Positions 28,259 to 36,253 of a stretch of DNA of 64,000 nt are shown piece after piece; the stretch's first letter is position 1; every line of letters begins with the position of its first letter. This stretch comes from a virus (taxonomy: Duplodnaviria > Caudoviricetes). Under the pieces are notes generated by a model. It did no database searches. It saw only the letters and a list, made by a program, of their open reading frames with translations, and was not told the DNA's origin. The position numbers and the translations under genes were made by a program. Where the stretch lies: the IMG/VR virus record IMGVR_UViG_3300020576_004352, positions 23,857 through 87,856 of that record; one strand, 5' to 3'.

Positions 28259-28577
28259 GGCAAAAGCATGGAGAGACGCTAATCCCATAAACACCATGTT
28301 AAAGACAGCAAGAAATAGGGCTATTAAACGCAGTCTGCTTTTTGGTATTACTATAGCTGATATACACATACCTAAGAAATGCCCGATACTTGGAATACCC
28401 TTGGTACGGTCTAGTGGGAAGGCCACTGATAACTCTCCTTCGCTTGATAGGATAGACAGCAATAAAGGATATTTACCTGACAATATTCAGGTGATTAGTA
28501 ATCGTGCAAATCTCCTGAAAAGTAACGCCACATTACAAGAGATAAAGGCGCTGTACACATGGATGAAGAAACGATAA
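28259..28577 (+). pseudogene. 3' half of the interrupted HNH-like endonuclease gene
   Basis: CPILGIPL...NSPSLDRIDSNKGYLPDNIQVISNRANLLK. Confidence 0.8.
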
Positions 28578-28613
28578 CATGGGACGTGTGTCCATCTAAG
28601 AAAGGAAACTAAC

Positions 28614-29216
28614 ATGAAGAAGCTCCTATCCGCATTCTTTGTCGCCCTTCTGATGTTCGGGGCTACCGCGCAGGCTGAAGAGACTTTTACCGTTGCGGCG
28701 GAAACCCCTGTGGCCACAGCAGATGCACCCGCAGTCACTGCTGGCGAGAGCGATATCGCAGTAGTGAACCCCGGTTCAAAACCGGACGTGGACACTGTGA
28801 CGGTGATCCACGGATCAAAACTGTTTGAGAGTTTGGGCGGTCTGCTCTATGCAGCTCTCGCCGGTATCGCGCTGTGGCTCTACAGCATGCTCTCGAAGAT
28901 CGCTATTTTCAACAAATTGGTGACCCGTGAACAGTATCAGAAGCTTGTTGATCCCCTGCTGGATGAGGCGGTAGCCTTTGGGGTGGGTCGCCTGAATAAG
29001 GCCGACTGGGCAGATATTGAAACCAAGAATGAAGCCCTCGGTACTGCGGTCAACTATGTGATCGATCACGGCCCTGACCTTCTCAAGAAGTTCGGCATTG
29101 GCCGTGAAGCCCTGATCCAGAAGCTCGAGGCAAAGCTGGTTGCGAATGGCTGGGATACCAAACCGGGCCAGTGGAATACGCCTACCTCCGAAACGGCACC
29201 CAAGACGAAGGTGTGA
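28614..29216 (+). CDS. Membrane protein with signal peptide, LL-H holin-like C-terminal domain
   Basis: MKKLLSAFFVALLMFGATAQA signal, TM LLYAALAGIALWLY, LDEAVAFG...AVNYV...LEAKL. Confidence 0.5.
   Translation: MKKLLSAFFVALLMFGATAQAEETFTVAAETPVATADAPAVTAGESDIAVVNPGSKPDVDTVTVIHGSKLFESLGGLLYAALAGIALWLYSMLSKIAIFNKLVTREQYQKLVDPLLDEAVAFGVGRLNKADWADIETKNEALGTAVNYVIDHGPDLLKKFGIGREALIQKLEAKLVANGWDTKPGQWNTPTSETAPKTKV
28765..28778. promoter_or_regulatory. Palindromic site TGAACCCCGGTTCA
   Basis: Inside the holin-like gene. Confidence 0.65.
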
Positions 29217-29217
29217 C

Positions 29218-29475
29218 ATGGTAAAGTGGCTGACGCTTCTCGCAGAATTCTTGGCGGCTCTCCTGAGTGCTTGGCTTGGTGAAAAGAGCCGAGACAACGC
29301 CAATAAGGAAGCGGGGGCGTCGGCTGCTCGTCAAGCAGGTGCCGAGGCCGCATTAGAGAGGGCAAAAAATGCACAAGATACTCGTGAAAATCTGTCTGGT
29401 CTTAGTGACGATGAGCTGCTTGCCCGGATGCGCAGTAATCGAGAGAGCAAGCGGAGAGGCACAGACGCAGGTTGA
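29218..29475 (+). CDS. Inner-membrane spanin (Rz-like)
   Basis: N-terminal TM WLTLLAEFLAALLSAWLG then Ala-rich coiled coil; ATG at 29218. Confidence 0.7.
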   Translation: MVKWLTLLAEFLAALLSAWLGEKSRDNANKEAGASAARQAGAEAALERAKNAQDTRENLSGLSDDELLARMRSNRESKRRGTDAG

Positions 29476-29707
29476 GATACACAAGCCGGATTTTCGAGAC
29501 GGGTGCGAGTGGTCGTCATTCATTGGGCTTTCTGATCCATCCTTGAATGCCTTAATCACGGCCAAGCGTGACCCGGAAACAACCTCCGCAGACGCACAGC
29601 TTATCCGAGATGATCTGGAGCGCGTGGCCGCGCAGGATAAAAACTGGCTGGACAACTGTGGCGAAACAACCGACAAAGATACTAAGGTAGAAGGAGCTGC
29701 ACCATGA
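29369..29707 (+). CDS. Outer-membrane spanin lipoprotein (Rz1-like), overlapping the i-spanin
   Basis: Lipobox LPGC after hydrophobic leader; overlaps upstream gene in another frame. Confidence 0.7.
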   Translation: MHKILVKICLVLVTMSCLPGCAVIERASGEAQTQVEIHKPDFRDGCEWSSFIGLSDPSLNALITAKRDPETTSADAQLIRDDLERVAAQDKNWLDNCGETTDKDTKVEGAAP

Positions 29708-30024
29708 GCATGAACGGCGTACCCACAATGAACGCGCAAGAGCTGGGCCTGCTGCCCATGCCTACCGAAATTGACTGGGTAATCAATGAAACAAAACTGC
29801 TTTCCCGGCCCGCTGGCAAAACTGTGCTGGTGCTTCAGGCGCTGGTAGGTGATTGGCAGATAAAGCCCGGAGATAGCGCAGCTTCATTCCCTACCGCTCC
29901 CGGCGCTACAACGTCAAATGGATCGGCTTATTGGCCTCTTAAAGAGGGCCGTGAGATTGCACTTGCTGGCCCTAACAAGATGACTGTCAAGGGCACGGGT
30001 ACACTGGTTTACTACTGGGCATAA
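29704..30024 (+). CDS. Hypothetical protein
   Basis: Coupled ORF, 106 aa. Confidence 0.5.
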   Translation: MSMNGVPTMNAQELGLLPMPTEIDWVINETKLLSRPAGKTVLVLQALVGDWQIKPGDSAASFPTAPGATTSNGSAYWPLKEGREIALAGPNKMTVKGTGTLVYYWA

Positions 30025-30026
30025 TC

Positions 30027-30200
30027 ATGCGGCATGGCTTCACTAACCCTCTGGCTTCAGCACTCGGAAAGAAGTTTCTGAGCGTAACGCCTCTCGCGGT
30101 CAGTGTGCGCAATGACTTGATTGATGCCGCAGACGGCATTTTGCTGGAGAACGGAAATCGTGTCCTGACTGAGGACGGCAAACCCATCGTGAAGGAGTAA
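30027..30200 (+). CDS. 57-aa protein ending in ILLENGNRVLTEDGKPIVKE; absent from the ORF track
   Basis: ATG 30027 to TAA 30200, fills the gap between neighbours; motif shared with gpL and gpJ. Confidence 0.7.
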   Translation: MRHGFTNPLASALGKKFLSVTPLAVSVRNDLIDAADGILLENGNRVLTEDGKPIVKE

Positions 30201-30203
30201 AAA

Positions 30204-31169
30204 ATGATCAAGCGTATGTTTACCAAGTTCGGCGTAGTTCCTACCCTTCTCGGCCTTGTGCTGTTTTCGGCGGTGGCCTATGCCGCTGGCACGAAAATCT
30301 CTGACCTTGTTAGCGGTTCTCCGCTTCAGGGCACTGATGCTTTCCCGATCCAGCGCGGCAGCTCAAACTACAAGGGCACCATTGCTAATATCAACACCTA
30401 TGTGCAGGCCAATCAGGACGCGGAGCTTCAGGCTATCGCGGGGCTAACCTCTGCCGCTGATCGTCTGGCGTACTACACAGGCAGCGGAACGGCCTCTTTG
30501 GCCACGTTCACCTCGTATGGCAGGTCACTGGTGGATGATGCCGATGCTGCGGCAGCCCGGCAGACCCTCGAGATGGTGCAGACGGTCTACCCACTGGCCA
30601 GTAGGTATTATTTGGCTGGCCCGCCTGCTGCCAGCACCACCAATACCAATCCAAATCTGCTCGTGACCAACACCATGTACGGCATCCTCGTGCCGCTACC
30701 CAAAGGCACGATCCAGTCACTCCACACCCGTACCGGCACATCCAACAACAGCGTCGGCGCAAAGATACGCATGTGCCTCTATAGCGTTAACTCTGACCTA
30801 TCCCCTAACGCACTATTGGCCTCAAGCAATGAGGTAAACATCCCGGACGCCATTGGCGCGGCCACGTTTGACGCGACCATCGCGATCCCGGTAGCAATCA
30901 ATGCCGGTGTCTACCTTATCGCGGTCTGGGGCACCGCCACCACCACGCAGATGACCCCCGCTGTCTACTCCACAGTGAGTCCTTGGGCGACGTGGTTAGG
31001 GGCTGCCACCAATACGGCGGCCCTCACCAATACGGTCACTACAGGCTACACCTCCACAGTGACTTATACCACGGCCTGCCCGGCGTCCTTTGGCACCACA
31101 ACTGCCATAACCTCGTCAAACACCAGCACCACTAACCAGATGCCTGTGGTGGGCTACCGTTTGCAGTAA
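30204..31169 (+). CDS. Fibre-like protein with Sec signal peptide and KISDL-type N-terminal domain
   Basis: MIKRMFTKFGVVPTLLGLVLFSAVAYA/A; TKISDL...GTDAFPIQRG; DAELQAIAGLTSAADRLAYYTGSGTASLA fibre repeat. Confidence 0.6.
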   Translation: MIKRMFTKFGVVPTLLGLVLFSAVAYAAGTKISDLVSGSPLQGTDAFPIQRGSSNYKGTIANINTYVQANQDAELQAIAGLTSAADRLAYYTGSGTASLATFTSYGRSLVDDADAAAARQTLEMVQTVYPLASRYYLAGPPAASTTNTNPNLLVTNTMYGILVPLPKGTIQSLHTRTGTSNNSVGAKIRMCLYSVNSDLSPNALLASSNEVNIPDAIGAATFDATIAIPVAINAGVYLIAVWGTATTTQMTPAVYSTVSPWATWLGAATNTAALTNTVTTGYTSTVTYTTACPASFGTTTAITSSNTSTTNQMPVVGYRLQ

Positions 31170-31220
31170 ATAGGGCCTCTTGGGGCACATTTGAGATATT
31201 AACCATTTAAGAGCCCCGGA

Positions 31221-31234
31221 TGAACCGGGGTTCA
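31221..31234. promoter_or_regulatory. Palindromic site TGAACCGGGGTTCA
   Basis: 19 bp upstream of P1. Confidence 0.75.
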
Positions 31235-31253
31235 CTTTTTTTTGTTTTTATCG

Positions 31254-31283
31254 CTTGACTAAGAAAGTGTAATGGTCTATATA
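31254..31283 (+). promoter_or_regulatory. Sigma70-type promoter P1
   Basis: CTTGAC-N17-CTATAT, exact rhizobial RpoD consensus. Confidence 0.8.
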
Positions 31284-31332
31284 TAAAAGCACAACGAGGG
31301 GCTGCTGCCCCGCCAACCTTAGGAGAAATAAG

Positions 31333-31731
31333 ATGATGAACGCAGGAACGGATACCGGGTCGCTTACGAACCACCTCATGAGCCGCCAAGTAATTGGTGA
31401 GCCCGCTCCACATATCGGCATGGGCTGCACCCTGCTGTCTTGGACAGACCGGTACGCGGGCACCATCGTCGAGATATTCAAGCAGGGCAAGACGCAGTAC
31501 ATTGTGGTGCAAGAAGACAAGGCGACCCGCACCGACAAGGGAGGCATGAGCGAGGCGCAGGAATACTCATACGAGCCGGATACCAAGGGCCCGAAATACA
31601 CCTTCCGCAAGGACGGTAAAGGCTTCTGGGCACAGGTCACGCTCAATAAGGAAACGGGCCTCTACAATATGTATCGCGGCTACGGGCTCAAGATAGGCCA
31701 CAGGAACGCATATCATGACTACAGCTTCTAA
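31333..31731 (+). CDS. Conserved phage early hypothetical protein
   Basis: P.IGMGCT...TDRYAGTIVE...QEDKA motif; promoter, hairpin and AGGAG RBS upstream. Confidence 0.65.
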   Translation: MMNAGTDTGSLTNHLMSRQVIGEPAPHIGMGCTLLSWTDRYAGTIVEIFKQGKTQYIVVQEDKATRTDKGGMSEAQEYSYEPDTKGPKYTFRKDGKGFWAQVTLNKETGLYNMYRGYGLKIGHRNAYHDYSF

Positions 31732-31735
31732 GGAG

Positions 31736-31782
31736 GGGCCCCGCAAGGGGCCTCTACTCTTGGCTCGCAGCCTTCGCTGCGG
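31736..31782 (+). terminator. Two tandem hairpins after the gene
   Basis: GGCCCC-GCAA-GGGGCC and CGCAGC-CTTC-GCTGCG. Confidence 0.4.
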
Positions 31783-31803
31783 GTCGAGGGGCTCACAAGT
31801 GAT

Positions 31804-32151
31804 TTGGTTGCCCGTGAAGCCGCCCGGATGGGTGCCAAGGAGCGCATGAGGGCGCAGGCGGAGGCTGCTAGTATACCGGTGGGGCGGCAGACTATTCAAG
31901 GCACTGTCAGAAGCCTTAGGGAAGGTTACTATCGTATACCGAGCGCGTGGAATAGGCAAGTCATGAAGATGACGTTGGTACGCGAGGACGGAGTGACCTA
32001 CTATGGCAGCGTGCCGAGGGCCCTGCATCCGAGGGTGGGGGACATAGTGGCACTGTGCGCCACGGTCACCTTTAAAAGACCGGGCTTCGCCTATTTTTCA
32101 AGGCCCACTAAACCCACGATTGTGCAGGAGGTTGAGCGGAATATAACTTGA
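31804..32151 (+). CDS. Hypothetical OB-fold-like protein (start uncertain)
   Basis: IQGTVRS...KMTLVREDG..YYGSVP...VGDIVALCATV. Confidence 0.45.
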   Translation: MVAREAARMGAKERMRAQAEAASIPVGRQTIQGTVRSLREGYYRIPSAWNRQVMKMTLVREDGVTYYGSVPRALHPRVGDIVALCATVTFKRPGFAYFSRPTKPTIVQEVERNIT

Positions 32152-32176
32152 CAAAAAAACTGTTATATAGTAGGGG
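32147..32176 (+). promoter_or_regulatory. Promoter P2
   Basis: CTTGACAAAAAAACTGTTA...TAGGGG. Confidence 0.6.
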
Positions 32177-32211
32177 TTACACCCTTGGCGAAACTTAACT
32201 GGAGACTGAAC

Positions 32212-33870
32212 ATGACCAATGCTGAGCTGACAAGCAAAGAAAAGTTTATTGAGGATATTTCCACACTGGTGAACGCCGCCATTGGCGTTATCATTGTGCG
32301 CACCCGTGAGCCTTATGAGGTTATGACGGTGCTGCGAGAATACTCCCTGAGCACCAAGTGGCAGTTCAATCGCTGGAGCATTACTTCAGGCTTCCTGAAG
32401 TTTCCGTTGACCGATGCGACTGCGGAGCCGGTTAAGGTTGATAATACACAGCCTCCCGGTGCCGCGATTAAATACGTTGGCGACAATCAGGACGGCAACA
32501 ACTCAAGACAGATTTACGCGATGATGTGGAGCCACTTTTATAGCAAGCGCGACAATCCCATGCCTGAGTTTATTCAGCACATGGCAGACTACACAAAGCT
32601 CTTTGCCAATAAGCCAAAGCGCCTGATTATGGTGGTGCCGCCAGAATACCAAGTGCCTCCCGAGCTGCAGGACAGCGTGGTCATTGTTGACACTGACCTG
32701 CCGACGCAGCCTGAGCTGCGGGAGCTGTACGACGATGTGATGGAGCAGATTAACACGATGGGGAAGAAGGCCCTCACCTACACAGAGGAAGAGGTTGACC
32801 GCATCACTGCCGCAGGCGCTGGCATGACGCTCACGGAGTTCGATAACACACTGAGCCGGGCCCTGCGCAAATTCCGCAAAGAGCTGCCAGATATCGCAGT
32901 TGATACCTTCGTGCGCGAAATCAGCAAAACGAAAGCGGAGATTGTAAAGCGCAGTGAGGTGCTCGAGCTTATGCCTCTCGGCAACATGGACGAGGTGGGT
33001 GGGCTTGAAAACCTGAAGGAGTGGATCAGCCTGAGACGGCACGCTTACGATAAGGAGGCCCGTGATTTTGGGGTAGATCGTCCGCGAGGCGTGGCACTGC
33101 TTGGAGCCCCCGGAACGGGTAAGAGCTTGTGCGCGAAGGCCATTGCTCACGAGCTTGGCCTCCCTCTCATCCGCTTTGATATCAGCCGTATCTTCGGCAG
33201 CCTTGTCGGACAGTCAGAAGGTCGGGTGCGGGAAGCCCTCAAGCTGTGCGATGCCCTTGCGCCCTGCACGGTTCTCCTAGACGAGATCGACAAAGCCTTC
33301 GACGTGAACAGCGGGGGCGGAGACAGTGGAGTGGGCAAGCGGGTGCTTGGCGCGGTGCTCACGCACATGCAGGAGAGCGACAAGGATATCTTCTGGGTGA
33401 TGACTGCAAACCGTGTCGGTGGCCTTCCGCCAGAGCTCCTGCGCAAGGGTCGGCTGGACGAGGTGTTCTCGGTAACCACTCCCTCCGAGAAGGAGCGTGA
33501 GGCTATCTTCAAAATCCATTTGAAGAAGCGCAAGCAGGCTCCCGACCTGAAGGGGCTGGATAAGGCTGTGGAGGCGTCTAACCGCTTTGTGGGTGCTGAG
33601 ATTGAGGCGGCAGTGGCCGAGGCGGTGCTGCATGCCTACTCGAAGAACAAGGCATTGACCGCCGAGATGCTGGTGGAGCAGTTCAGGGATACCAAACCTC
33701 TCTCCGAAGCACACAAAGAGCAGTTCAGAATGATGGAGGATTGGGCTGCCGATAACGCGAGAGCCTCCAGCAAAGAGACGAGGACGCGCACTCGTGAGCG
33801 TAACCGGGTCGCGGATACCAGCTCCCGCAGCAGTGCCAGCGCGGCGCTTACTGACGATCTGGACGGGTGA
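32212..33870 (+). CDS. Ycf46/SpoVK-like AAA+ ATPase
   Basis: VGGLENLKEW, GAPGTGKS (Walker A), LLDEIDK (Walker B), TAN, PPELLRKGRLDE; ATG 32212 has GGAGA RBS. Confidence 0.92.
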   Translation: MTNAELTSKEKFIEDISTLVNAAIGVIIVRTREPYEVMTVLREYSLSTKWQFNRWSITSGFLKFPLTDATAEPVKVDNTQPPGAAIKYVGDNQDGNNSRQIYAMMWSHFYSKRDNPMPEFIQHMADYTKLFANKPKRLIMVVPPEYQVPPELQDSVVIVDTDLPTQPELRELYDDVMEQINTMGKKALTYTEEEVDRITAAGAGMTLTEFDNTLSRALRKFRKELPDIAVDTFVREISKTKAEIVKRSEVLELMPLGNMDEVGGLENLKEWISLRRHAYDKEARDFGVDRPRGVALLGAPGTGKSLCAKAIAHELGLPLIRFDISRIFGSLVGQSEGRVREALKLCDALAPCTVLLDEIDKAFDVNSGGGDSGVGKRVLGAVLTHMQESDKDIFWVMTANRVGGLPPELLRKGRLDEVFSVTTPSEKEREAIFKIHLKKRKQAPDLKGLDKAVEASNRFVGAEIEAAVAEAVLHAYSKNKALTAEMLVEQFRDTKPLSEAHKEQFRMMEDWAADNARASSKETRTRTRERNRVADTSSRSSASAALTDDLDG

Positions 33871-33881
33871 ACCCCGGTTCA
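33868..33881. promoter_or_regulatory. Palindromic site TGAACCCCGGTTCA
   Basis: Its TGA is the AAA gene stop; upstream of P3. Confidence 0.75.
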
Positions 33882-33921
33882 CTGGTGGGGTGCCTCCGTT
33901 GCAAAAAATGTGACGGAGGCA

Positions 33922-33951
33922 CTTGACAAATAAACTGTTAGGGTATAGGGT
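33922..33951 (+). promoter_or_regulatory. Promoter P3
   Basis: CTTGACA-N17-TAGGGT. Confidence 0.7.
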
Positions 33952-33978
33952 ACAGGCGTTGGAATTTGGAGACGCATC

Positions 33979-34632
33979 ATGAGCATCATGTTAGAGGCAA
34001 TGTTTGGAGAAGAGACGTTTGACACTGGCCATGCCAAGGTGCAGCTCTTCGCCGTGCCCTCGGCCATTTATAACAAGTTTGACCGCGAATTTTTCATTGA
34101 CCAAGCGGCACGAGACAGCAAGACCAGCGTGCGTCGCATCAGCATGGAGGGGCCTTTCTCTTCCCGGTCAGACCAGTACGCCTTCCGGGACGACGTGGGG
34201 CGGTGGTGGCGGGCCGTGTATGAGCTGCCCGAGGGCATGATGATTAAAGTCTACGCCCACAAGACGCCTCCTTTCGGCGGACGGGTTATCAAGACCACGT
34301 TCATCATCCGCATGAGAGCCAATGCGGCCTACAGGCAGCTGGACATTGCCCTGACGAGGCACGAGAAGGCCCGTTTCACCTCGGCTGTCGTGAAGGGCCG
34401 CTTTGACGTTCTGCCGCTGGCTGAGGCCAAGCGCAGGGGCTACAAGCCTAACCCGGCCTTTGAGCAAATGTTTAATGAGGCCGAAATGAACAGAATTGTC
34501 TCCGTTTCAGAGATTGAGCCGGAGATTGAGGCCGAGGCCCGTGTACGGGAAAGAACCCTGAAGCGGTCAGACGGCGAGAAGCTAACTGTGCAGACCGTCA
34601 AGACGCGACGCATGATACAGTTGGATGATTAA
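33979..34632 (+). CDS. Hypothetical protein with RVRERT and C-terminal RRMIQLDD tags
   Basis: ORF after P3; GGAGA RBS. Confidence 0.6.
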   Translation: MSIMLEAMFGEETFDTGHAKVQLFAVPSAIYNKFDREFFIDQAARDSKTSVRRISMEGPFSSRSDQYAFRDDVGRWWRAVYELPEGMMIKVYAHKTPPFGGRVIKTTFIIRMRANAAYRQLDIALTRHEKARFTSAVVKGRFDVLPLAEAKRRGYKPNPAFEQMFNEAEMNRIVSVSEIEPEIEAEARVRERTLKRSDGEKLTVQTVKTRRMIQLDD

Positions 34633-34653
34633 CCAGAAGAGGAGAATGATAAT

Positions 34654-35109
34654 ATGTCACATACTACAACTATCCGGGCAGTGCCAATCCGCGACACCCG
34701 CGCCCTGAAGTCTGCCGTCGCAGACCTGCGGGCACAAGGCGTTAAATGCGAGCTGGTTGAAAACCAGAAGCCCCGCCTGTATTCCCAAGGGCAGGCAAAC
34801 GACCTCGGTAACTGCGAGTACGTCCTGCGCTTGCAAGAGAGCCGCTACGACGTTGGCTTCAAGAAGCAGGCAGACGGCTCCTACGCAGCGGTGACCGACC
34901 TGTGGGGCGGCGACGTGGGCAAGAACATCGGTGCCCGATGCCCGATGCCCACCACAGAAGAGGGCCGCGCACAGCACGGCATTGGCCGTCTGATGCAGGA
35001 GTACACCAAGCACGCCACACTGAATTACGCCAGTGACCACGGCATGATGGTGGAGAACACCACGATGGATGCGGCTGGCCAGCTGGTACTTACCCTCGGC
35101 GGTTTCTGA
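34654..35109 (+). CDS. DUF1257 (Ycf35)-like protein
   Basis: MSHTTTI...IRD...LKSA, YDVGFKKQADGSY, L.QEYTKHA. Confidence 0.75.
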   Translation: MSHTTTIRAVPIRDTRALKSAVADLRAQGVKCELVENQKPRLYSQGQANDLGNCEYVLRLQESRYDVGFKKQADGSYAAVTDLWGGDVGKNIGARCPMPTTEEGRAQHGIGRLMQEYTKHATLNYASDHGMMVENTTMDAAGQLVLTLGGF

Positions 35110-35130
35110 AAACAGAGAAGGAGAAAGCAC

Positions 35131-35334
35131 ATGGACAAGAAAGTAACCATCACGATTGATGCGCTGGGCAATCCCAAGGTTGAAGCGCACAATTTCCAAG
35201 GCCAGAGCTGCGCAGCTGCTACCGGTGGCCTTGAAAAGATGCTTTCAGGTGGTGGCGGGGTGACCACTGAGTACAAGCCTGAGTGGACACAAGAAGACAG
35301 CTCCACAAATCAGGAAGTGACACAGAGCTGGTAA
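35131..35334 (+). CDS. DUF2997-like protein
   Basis: KVTITIDALGNPKVEAHNFQGQSC...TEYKPEW. Confidence 0.75.
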   Translation: MDKKVTITIDALGNPKVEAHNFQGQSCAAATGGLEKMLSGGGGVTTEYKPEWTQEDSSTNQEVTQSW

Positions 35335-35341
35335 GGGTTAT

Positions 35342-35411
35342 GGGGAGGTAGTTAAACGGATATAACGTAGGCCGGAAAGCCTAGTTGCGGGTTCAAACCC
35401 CGCCCGCCCCA
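35342..35411 (+). ncRNA. 70-nt tRNA-like RNA with a 6-nt anticodon loop
   Basis: Cloverleaf: acceptor GGGGAGG/CCGCCCC (one mismatch), U8, D arm GTTA-AACGGATA-TAAC, stem TAGGC-CGGAAA-GCCTA, T arm GCGGG-TTCAAAC-CCCGC, discriminator A; no encoded CCA. Confidence 0.75.
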
Positions 35412-35440
35412 ACACCCAACGCATACAAGGGAGACTGGAC

Positions 35441-35797
35441 ATGGGTACTCAAGTTATAACGATTGGTACGGACGGCAGCCTGCAAGGCCTGATGCGCAAG
35501 AAGGGCGAGGGCGTTGACCTCCGGGAGTTTGGCCCAGCACATATCGAGCGCACTTCACTGATCCAGTTTGATGAGGGTAAGCAGAAGTTCTACGTGGAGT
35601 TTATTGCCGGGCCGCTGGCCGGGAAGCTGCTGACCTATCCATTATTTGCGGCCTGCACACGCCTCCCGGTACGGTTCAACAACAGCGACCACGTCATGCG
35701 ATTTGAAACCTATGAGGAGGCAGTAAAGTGTGAGATCATGGTGCTTGATGGTTATCGCGCCAGACCGCTCTGGGCATCGGCTGTGGAGGTTCTCTGA
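35441..35797 (+). CDS. Hypothetical protein, probable member of the AAA-DUF1257-DUF2997 module
   Basis: ITIGTDGSL, IERTSLIQFD, FETYEEAVKCE. Confidence 0.55.
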   Translation: MGTQVITIGTDGSLQGLMRKKGEGVDLREFGPAHIERTSLIQFDEGKQKFYVEFIAGPLAGKLLTYPLFAACTRLPVRFNNSDHVMRFETYEEAVKCEIMVLDGYRARPLWASAVEVL

Positions 35798-36172
35798 ATG
35801 TCTGCGACTGTTCTGAAGTTCAAGCCGCGTGAGGAAGCCCCGCTCAGCCCGGAGGTCATACAAAGCCGCATGGAACGCCTGCTTTACGGGCCGCTGCAAG
35901 CGAGGCTTCCCACATCAGCGTACCGGGTAATGTCCTATATCTTGGAGAATGGGGCCTTCATAGGTAACCCCCAGCCCCGGATGAAGTTCAAGGACATGGC
36001 AGCCGGGAAGAAGATCAAAGTCACACAGGTAATTTGGGCCATTGACCATCTGCATAAGGAGAGCCTGCTTGCGTTTACGGACGTAACGGAAGATCAATTC
36101 AGGGTTCAAACCTCTCTGGGTTTGATGCAGCGATATGTGGATCGCACCGCCAGACCGGGCCGCGTTGACTAA
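35798..36172 (+). CDS. Putative winged-helix DNA-binding protein
   Basis: LPTSAYRVMSYIL...DMAAGKKIKVTQVIWAIDHLHKESLL. Confidence 0.45.
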   Translation: MSATVLKFKPREEAPLSPEVIQSRMERLLYGPLQARLPTSAYRVMSYILENGAFIGNPQPRMKFKDMAAGKKIKVTQVIWAIDHLHKESLLAFTDVTEDQFRVQTSLGLMQRYVDRTARPGRVD

Positions 36173-36253
36173 TCCAGACAATCGACTATAAAGACGAAAC
36201 CGCCAAGCTGCTTTCGGAGGAGCTTGGCGGCTTCTAACCACTAACGCAAGGAC

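Noticed and set aside
28215-28577. ORFs 24128-24319 and 28215-28577 as independent genes
   Set aside because: Their inner ends are read from inserted DNA; they are two halves of one interrupted gene.
35342-35411. Canonical tRNA-Ser(GGA) or tRNA-Phe(GAA)
   Set aside because: 6-nt loop without U33, no long variable arm, no CCA; kept as tRNA-like only.
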